Shown one piece after another: positions 57,928-64,000 of a stretch of 64,000 nucleotides of DNA; position 1 is the first letter of the stretch; each line of letters opens with the position of its first letter. The stretch comes from an uncultured bacterium (lineage in GTDB: Bacteria; Acidobacteriota; DATKUA01). The stretch lies in contig CBFCZO010000007.1 of assembly GCA_965602675.1 (NCBI GenBank), positions 4,240-68,239 of the forward strand, given 5' to 3'. The notes below the pieces were generated by a model. It made no database searches and had not been told where the DNA came from. It worked only from the letters and a program-made list of their open reading frames with translations. The translations under genes and the position numbers were made by a program.

Positions 57928-60468
57928 TCAGTCCAACAAATCTAGCAGGTCGGGTACGAATTGCTTCAACATCTTTCTCGTGCGGCTGCTGAGGTAGTGG
58001 CGTAAAGCAAGGAATACGCTTTCATCCTCGAGGCCGAGTAATTCGCTCCATCGATCGGCAAACGACGGCACTGGAGGCAGCGAGATAAGATGGGCCAGGC
58101 GAATGGCTGCCGGCTGCAAGTTATCGTAGATGAAGGCCTTCATTTCATCGAGTATGTCGTCGAATCCATGCGCCGCGGCACCAGAGGTTACCAGTGCGAC
58201 CATTTCGAGATAATCGCCTGCGCACTCACGTGTAATGGTAACCGCCAGAGATTTTCTCAGCTCCTCCCAGGCGCTTCGCGTCTCATCTTGAGGAGGAGGA
58301 GAGTCGGATACGCGTGGAGGCTCATGCATCAACTCTATCACAAACGAATCGAACACTTGCCTGGCCCTCTCATCGCGCGATTCAAGCAGATGCTTGTGCA
58401 ATAACATTGCAGCCTCGATGATCGTCTTGCTGGCAGCGGGGTAGCGAATAGAAAGCATCGCAGGGTCGAGTTTTCCGCTCTTTCGAGCCCCTTCGCGCAA
58501 GTTCTTATCGCGCTGGATCATCCTCGAGGCTCCAAGCGAGAAAACGCTCCGAAGCGCCCTGTCCAGCTGTATCTTCTCCAACCGTCCGGGCTTGTCCGTC
58601 GAATACGTATTCTTCAGTGCCTTGACCAGCCCTCGCAGCTCGCGTTCCTCATCAGGCCTTCGGTTCCGAACCTTTTGGAGAGCCCCCCTGGTGCCGCGAA
58701 GTTCCGTGAGCAAATCCGCCAGTGCTTTCTTCTCCTTACCTGCAAGCGATTTCAGCCTGAAACCGCTGCGTTCGATTTCCAGGCAGAGCTCCTCCAGCAT
58801 TACGTCCAGGCGCTGATCGGAAACGTTGTTGAGGCGGCCGATCAAGGAAGCCGCCGATTTTTTACCTCTTTCGGAAAAGGTCGCGCGGCTTCCAAATGCG
58901 ACGGATAACATCGCTCGCGCAAGCCTGTGCTGCGCCAGCTCGCTGGTGCCATGAAAGATATTTCGCTTGAAATGGTTTGCAAAGCGTCCGAAGGCGCCGT
59001 CGTAGACTGCTTCCTCATAAGGCAGGTTAAAGGATGTTGCTTCATCAGGCATCCGGTCCCCGCCGCCGAACGCCTTTGCCAGTGATGCCACCGCTCCACC
59101 GCTGACGAGGTAAATGCCCTCTTGAATCATTTCGAGGGCGTGCGCGGGCATCTTTGTTTTTCGCCACCCGTAACGTTCGGTTAAAAGCTTGCCAAGCAGT
59201 TCCGAAGCTCCCGGGCTCTTGATTTCGGATAGATTCTGGATAATGCGGGTAAAGACGTACTCGTCCATGGTTCCGCGCTCGAGCAGAAGACGGATGTGCT
59301 TCAACTTCACCGCTTGCGCCAACTCCGATTTCTCCAGCGCACGCAAACCCAGGAGCAGAGCGCCTGGATTGAACGAGAGCAGAAGGAACTCGAACACCTT
59401 ATCCGATGGACTGCGGGCGATCACGTCGGAGGCGGTTTCATAGAGGTCGAAGTTCTGCATCTCGTCCAGGGCCACCTTCTGATACCGGAACGCAGTTTCA
59501 CCCGCTTCGCGCCGCTCCATCTTCTCAATCGTCCTGGCCTTGATCGAATATGCAGCCTCCGCCGCGATGTCGCCGAAGCTCACGTTCTCCATCTTGAGAA
59601 GCGCACTGAGCACAAAGCGTTTCGTGCCGTCCCCATGAGACGCCCGAAAGTCCTGGGAGACTTTCTCGAGGAACTCCTCGTCTACCTGCACAATGTCAGA
59701 ACCTTGATTAATAAGTGCTTCCAGCAGGCAGTAATAGACGGAAATCAGCCGGTTGGGCCTGATTTTATCCCCGCCTTTACGGCTCTTGAGTTGCTCCAGT
59801 CGGCGCTCAATAACAGCGACAACTCTATCGACGGCGTCTCTGAGGACGGACTCGATGTTGCCCTTTTTGAGCTTGCCGTTGCGCCGCAGGAACAGGAGTC
59901 CCTTGTAGACGGATGCCAGCTCCGGAAACTTCTCCACTTTCTTGAGGTTGAAGTGCGCCTCGAAGAAGTTGTCGAGCGTTTGAAGGTATCGATCCACAGC
60001 AACTTGTAAGGAGCTCAATTCCTTCGCTCGTCGCAGGACATTCTCGAGCACGAAGCGGTTGCTCTCGTAATATCTAAGCTCGTCGAATTCCCGCCAAATG
60101 TCTTTGAGATTGCTGAAGTGATTCTCGAGAGCAGTAACTAAGCGGCGGTCTCGAAGGTAGCCGCTGATTCGAATCAGATCGAAATCCTGAGCGTGTGCCG
60201 GACCGACAAGATTCTCCAGCACTATTCGGACGACCTGTTCGCTCGGCTCGATTGAACCAAAATCAGCCAGGTGGTTCTCGGCATCAAGCAGACAAAAGCC
60301 GTCCTTTTCGCTCAGGCCCTTGTGGATGAGCTTGAGGATTAATTGCCGCTTGAGCCGCCGAAATTCGTCTTCTTCAGATTCGGGACCGTCAGCGTCAGTG
60401 CTTAATAATTCCTCTTCGGAACTGCCTGGGGACTCATCCTGGCTGAGATTACTATTGTCTTTTTCCAT
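57928..60468 (-). CDS. Large (846 aa) all-alpha hypothetical protein with acidic N-terminus
   Basis: No recognisable motifs. The gene lies 66 bp upstream of, and co-oriented with, the GTPase gene. Confidence 0.55.
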   Translation of the reverse strand: MEKDNSNLSQDESPGSSEEELLSTDADGPESEEDEFRRLKRQLILKLIHKGLSEKDGFCLLDAENHLADFGSIEPSEQVVRIVLENLVGPAHAQDFDLIRISGYLRDRRLVTALENHFSNLKDIWREFDELRYYESNRFVLENVLRRAKELSSLQVAVDRYLQTLDNFFEAHFNLKKVEKFPELASVYKGLLFLRRNGKLKKGNIESVLRDAVDRVVAVIERRLEQLKSRKGGDKIRPNRLISVYYCLLEALINQGSDIVQVDEEFLEKVSQDFRASHGDGTKRFVLSALLKMENVSFGDIAAEAAYSIKARTIEKMERREAGETAFRYQKVALDEMQNFDLYETASDVIARSPSDKVFEFLLLSFNPGALLLGLRALEKSELAQAVKLKHIRLLLERGTMDEYVFTRIIQNLSEIKSPGASELLGKLLTERYGWRKTKMPAHALEMIQEGIYLVSGGAVASLAKAFGGGDRMPDEATSFNLPYEEAVYDGAFGRFANHFKRNIFHGTSELAQHRLARAMLSVAFGSRATFSERGKKSAASLIGRLNNVSDQRLDVMLEELCLEIERSGFRLKSLAGKEKKALADLLTELRGTRGALQKVRNRRPDEERELRGLVKALKNTYSTDKPGRLEKIQLDRALRSVFSLGASRMIQRDKNLREGARKSGKLDPAMLSIRYPAASKTIIEAAMLLHKHLLESRDERARQVFDSFVIELMHEPPRVSDSPPPQDETRSAWEELRKSLAVTITRECAGDYLEMVALVTSGAAAHGFDDILDEMKAFIYDNLQPAAIRLAHLISLPPVPSFADRWSELLGLEDESVFLALRHYLSSRTRKMLKQFVPDLLDLLD

Positions 60469-60632
60469 TCCTGCGCCCGGTGAAACACAGCATACAAAGC
60501 ACGTTATCAGGTCTTAATGGCCCTCGCTGAGTGAAAAAACGCTCAGCTAAACCCAATCATCACTTCTCCCCTAACCTTACTCAATGGCGATACTACCCCT
60601 CAACGGAATATATTTTAATCTTTATTTGCTAA

Positions 60633-60673
60633 TACTCTATAGTTTGTGGACAAATTGATGTAGTACTATAGAG
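60633..60673. promoter_or_regulatory. Perfect 10-bp inverted repeat (ACTCTATAGT-N21-ACTATAGAGT) in a divergent promoter region
   Basis: Located in the AT-rich intergenic region between the 846-aa gene (-) and the deacetylase gene (+). Confidence 0.4.
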
Positions 60674-60845
60674 TCCGATGGCAAGTAGTGGATAGAAAGA
60701 CACTGCCTCATATGACCAATTAATCCGTACTGTGTAATAGAATTGCTCTGTGGCGAAACAATACTTGAACAGTTCCGTATTTGGGCGTAGGTTCAACTCT
60801 GGAAGTAGTTCTCAACTCATCCCGCACGGGAGCAGCCAAAGGATA

Positions 60846-62570
60846 ATGATCTTGAGACAGAGAAAAACAGAGCTGATAAAAAGAACCATCTTCGCGTTCG
60901 TCGCGACCTGTTTACTATTCTGCACCGGTGTGATCGTTGCTCAGGACGATCCCGTGAATGCAGATTCCGGGGAAGTGATAGATATAGTCGGCCCTCAGCC
61001 TGTCGCTCCGGGCGATTACGCTTCTTTCCGGGCTCTGGTTCGAAACACCGGCAGTTTCCCCTGGAGCGCGGGCACGAAGATCAGGTACCGGCTTAAATTT
61101 CACAAAAAAACTGTGTGGCAGCACACCGAAAACGCGACCGGCACTCCCACCGGCGAACAAAGATGGGTGGAATTGCTGGCTCAGATGCCTGCAAAACTCG
61201 AGGACGGAATATATCGCTTCAGAGCGGATATCGTTAACGGGGATGTTCAGATAGCGCACTCTCCGAAAGCAGTGCCTGTTTATCTCGATCCCTTCGCTTT
61301 TTACGACGGCTTCGAACGCAGCAAGGCCGATCAAGGCGGATGGGGCTTCAAGCGAGCTGAGGGCGATAACAGGATCCGCACCACCAAGACGATGCCCTAT
61401 TCTGGAAGTCGAGGCCTAGAACTGACATTAAACGGCGGCGGCACCTCTTACCTGGAGTACGAATACCACGAAAGCGCCCCCGACAGAATCACCATCAGCA
61501 TGCGCCTACGCTTCGACCAGGCTGCGATGGATTCCGGCGGACCGATCAATTTCTTCACGATATTCGGCGCCGACCAGTACACATCCGCCTACTTCTATTA
61601 CTATCTCGAGAAAAAATGGTTCCAGTTGGCCTATCTCAAACCCGGTGGTGAATGGGAGCACTGCTGCATTGCCTACAGCACACTCGCGCCGGATACTTGG
61701 TATCACTTAAGAGCCACCGTCGTTCTCGGGAGCGAAGGCCGGTTCGTGCTTGCTTTAGACGGCGTCGAGATCATGCGCCGAAAAGCAGTTTTGGATTACG
61801 GCATAATCTCAAACCTGGCTGTCGGCCATTATCCCAGCGACACACGCCTGAGAGGCACGGTGAACATCGATGATGTCCGCTGGGCTAGGGAAGGCGTCGA
61901 TGCGATCGGCCTCGGCCGTGTTTCAATCACCTTCGACGATGGAGCCATCTCGCAGTGGATAAACGCAAGGCCGTTGCTTGACAAGTATGGTTACAAGGCT
62001 TCTTTCTATATAATTACCGAAAACTCGAGCGACCCGATCGATTCCCAAACGGGTGGTATTTATGCGATGGACAGGAATCAACTCCTGGCCTTGCAACAGC
62101 AAGGGCACGTGATCGGATCCCATTCCCACACTCACAAACACATGACTAAGTTGAGTGCCGAGGAGATCGAGCAGGAGTTGAGCATCTCAAGAACCACGCT
62201 CGCATCCTGGGGCCTACAGGTCAATTCATTCAGCCTTCCCTATGGGGACTTCAACGATGATGTCCTGACCCGCGTCGCTAAAAGCTATCAGTTTTGCCTC
62301 ACGACCCAGGAGGGGATCAATCCATTCGATGCCTTCAAGTCCAAGCGCAACCTGCTGCGCGTGGATCCGGCGACTAAATCCTTCAAGGAACTCAGGCGCC
62401 TTATTGACGAAACCGAGCGCACGGGAGGCTGGCTGGTTCTCTACTATCACTCAATCGGACCCGGGCACTCGGGCGATGCTTATTGGGTGAGTTCCAATAC
62501 TTTTGGCAGAACACTGAAATACCTTAGCGAGAAAAACATCAAGGTGATCCCCATCGAGCTGGCGCCCTGA
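60846..62570 (+). CDS. Secreted protein with C-terminal polysaccharide deacetylase (NodB-homology) domain
   Basis: …VSITFDDGAISQWINARPLLDKYGYKASFYI…GHVIGSHSHTHKHMT… matches the NodB motifs. Signal peptide. The ATG at 60846 is preferred over the GTG at 60750. Confidence 0.75.
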   Translation: MILRQRKTELIKRTIFAFVATCLLFCTGVIVAQDDPVNADSGEVIDIVGPQPVAPGDYASFRALVRNTGSFPWSAGTKIRYRLKFHKKTVWQHTENATGTPTGEQRWVELLAQMPAKLEDGIYRFRADIVNGDVQIAHSPKAVPVYLDPFAFYDGFERSKADQGGWGFKRAEGDNRIRTTKTMPYSGSRGLELTLNGGGTSYLEYEYHESAPDRITISMRLRFDQAAMDSGGPINFFTIFGADQYTSAYFYYYLEKKWFQLAYLKPGGEWEHCCIAYSTLAPDTWYHLRATVVLGSEGRFVLALDGVEIMRRKAVLDYGIISNLAVGHYPSDTRLRGTVNIDDVRWAREGVDAIGLGRVSITFDDGAISQWINARPLLDKYGYKASFYIITENSSDPIDSQTGGIYAMDRNQLLALQQQGHVIGSHSHTHKHMTKLSAEEIEQELSISRTTLASWGLQVNSFSLPYGDFNDDVLTRVAKSYQFCLTTQEGINPFDAFKSKRNLLRVDPATKSFKELRRLIDETERTGGWLVLYYHSIGPGHSGDAYWVSSNTFGRTLKYLSEKNIKVIPIELAP

Positions 62571-62627
62571 CCGCATCAGGATAAAGGCCTACTGACGAGC
62601 CGGTGAAATTACCTGCGATACAACAAC

Positions 62628-64000
62628 ATGAAGAGGGTTTCGAAATATGAAATAGCGCTCCCCCGCGAGGGGAAGATGCTGGTCGAGGCCTCGATTTTTG
62701 CATCCGACAGAATCAGGCTCGAGGAGACGGCGGTCCGCCAGCTCGCTGACGGCGCTTCGATCCCCACCGTCAACCGCGCCCTGGCCACGCCGGACATCCA
62801 CCAGGGCTACGGCGTGCCGATCGGCAGCGTGCTCGGCATGGAAGAGGTTGTCGTGCCGGCGGCTGTCGGGTTCGACATCAACTGCGGCATGCGCGTCCTC
62901 ACGACCAGTCTGCGGGCGACAGACTCCGGGCTTCGCCAACTTGCCACCTCGACTCGCCGAGACATTCCACTGGGCGAGGGCAAGTCAAACATCACAATGG
63001 CGAGGAAAGACCTCGAGAAGGTGCTGGCGCGGGGAGTCAGCGGCCTGCTCGATGTCAAGCACACGGGCCACAAAGTCTGGGACAGCTGGAACAGCGATGA
63101 GGAAAGATCGAACATTTTCCGCATCGAAGACGGCGGCTCCCTCGACGGCGAACCGGGCGCAGTCAGCGAGATTGCTTTCAGGCGCGGCGCCAACCAGCTG
63201 GGCACCCTGGGCGGCGGCAATCATTTCGTCGAGTTCCAGATCGTCGAGGAGGTGTTCGAGCCCTCGATCGCTGCGCGCTTCGGGCTTTTCCAGAACCAGC
63301 TTGTGGTGATGATCCACTCCGGCTCCCGCGGGCTCGGCCACCAGGTAGGCGGGGACTACATGAAGCTGGCTACCAAACTTACCGGCGGCAGGAGCCAGGT
63401 CCCCTATCTTGGGCTCGACACCAAGGAAGGGCGCCGCTATCTAGGCGCCATGCGCGCGGCCGCCAATTTCGCCTTCGCCAACCGCCACCTGATGGGCCTG
63501 CTCGTCGCCCGAAACATACGCTATTTCTACCCGGACGCCTCGATCCAACTCCTCTATGATGTTCCGCACAACATCGCCAAGTTCGAGCGCCACTCCAGCA
63601 AAATGCTCCTGATACACCGCAAGGGGGCAACCAGGGCATTCGGCCCAAGGCGGATGGCTGGCACAAGCTATGCCGATACGGGGCAGCCGGTGCTCATCCC
63701 CGGGTCCATGGGCACGAGCAGCTACGTTCTCGCGGGAGTCGACGACAACAGCCGCAGCCTCGACAGCGTCAACCACGGCGCCGGCCGCGCGATGAGCCGC
63801 ACGCAGGCGGGCGGCAAGTGGCGCAAAGGCAAGATGATAAAGCCGCCGGCGGTAAGCGACGAGGACTTTGAGCGAGCGATGGAAGGCGTCGTGCTCATTG
63901 CAGAGAGCATGCGTGGCATTAAGGAAGAAGCCCCGCAGGCATATAAGGACATCGACCTGGTGATGGAGACCGTCCTCGGAGCACGCCTGGCCAAGGCGGT
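62628..64000 (+). CDS. rtcB: RNA ligase RtcB (3'-truncated at window edge)
   Basis: An open frame from the ATG at 62628 to the window end. RtcB signatures are present (…DIHQGYGVPIGSV…GFDINCGMR…GGNHFVEF…HSGSRGLGHQV…NHGAGRAM…). The ORF is absent from the supplied track because it has no stop codon within the window. Confidence 0.85.
   Translation, partial: MKRVSKYEIALPREGKMLVEASIFASDRIRLEETAVRQLADGASIPTVNRALATPDIHQGYGVPIGSVLGMEEVVVPAAVGFDINCGMRVLTTSLRATDSGLRQLATSTRRDIPLGEGKSNITMARKDLEKVLARGVSGLLDVKHTGHKVWDSWNSDEERSNIFRIEDGGSLDGEPGAVSEIAFRRGANQLGTLGGGNHFVEFQIVEEVFEPSIAARFGLFQNQLVVMIHSGSRGLGHQVGGDYMKLATKLTGGRSQVPYLGLDTKEGRRYLGAMRAAANFAFANRHLMGLLVARNIRYFYPDASIQLLYDVPHNIAKFERHSSKMLLIHRKGATRAFGPRRMAGTSYADTGQPVLIPGSMGTSSYVLAGVDDNSRSLDSVNHGAGRAMSRTQAGGKWRKGKMIKPPAVSDEDFERAMEGVVLIAESMRGIKEEAPQAYKDIDLVMETVLGARLAKA

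Noticed and set aside
62589-63994. Minus-strand ORFs across the rtcB region
   Set aside because: The plus-strand frame from 62628 carries unmistakable RtcB motifs to the window end. It was absent from the track only because it has no in-window stop.
1-64000. CRISPR arrays, rRNA or tRNA genes
   Set aside because: No spaced identical direct repeats of 24-40 bp and no conserved rRNA/tRNA sequence blocks were seen in any intergenic region.

Overview
This is a high-GC (about 60%) bacterial window from an uncultured-looking anaerobe; the gene content is Acidobacteria/FCB-like, but no phylum call is possible from sequence alone. It is densely coding, with about 42 genes.

- **1-8.1 kb, central metabolism:** a Na+-pumping methylmalonyl-CoA decarboxylase operon (5'-truncated carboxyltransferase alpha subunit, OadG-like subunit, biotin carrier, OadB-like beta subunit with an odd N-terminal extension), then a glutamate formimidoyltransferase, a methylmalonyl-CoA mutase catalytic subunit lacking an attached B12 domain, and oligopeptidase B.
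- **8.3-10.5 kb:** an FAD-dependent oxidoreductase and an ornithine cyclodeaminase family protein.
- **10.6-33 kb, the most distinctive part:** a cell-envelope locus containing:
  - two paralogous sulfatase-TPR lipoproteins;
  - a tandem array of three diverged paralogous TonB-dependent-receptor-like outer-membrane proteins with a carboxypeptidase-regulatory-like N-terminal domain;
  - each of those three genes sits behind its own AT-rich upstream region carrying a canonical sigma-54 -24/-12 element, and is followed by its own GC-rich intrinsic terminator;
  - a 3' remnant of a fourth paralog with its stop codon lost;
  - a CarboxypepD_reg-TPR protein;
  - a tightly linked pair of a secreted VWA-like protein and a GWxTD/TPR protein;
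  - a convergent surface protein built of seven roughly 78-aa PEGA-like repeats.
- **33-36.2 kb:** a Tat-secreted amidase whose 3' end is duplicated, as a diverged pseudo-copy, on the far side of a 1.2 kb low-GC insert. This looks like an integration scar.
- **36.2-53 kb:** amidohydrolase, AhpD-like protein, standalone TfoX-N protein, aminotransferase, a VOC plus Cdd1 mini-operon, an HAO-like octaheme cytochrome c, Kelch and M28 peptidase proteins, a Tat redox protein (C_GCAxxG_C_C family with a di-haem tail), and a 1068-aa multidomain secreted hydrolase-like protein.
- **53-64 kb:** a DUF378 membrane protein, an IS200-like/RAYT tyrosine transposase bracketed by 14-bp inverted repeats, oxidoreductase, TetR regulator, a DRG-like TGS GTPase operonic with an 846-aa unknown protein, polysaccharide deacetylase, and a 3'-truncated RtcB.

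No rRNA, tRNA or CRISPR array was seen. Many long antisense ORFs in the six-frame track are GC-driven artefacts.
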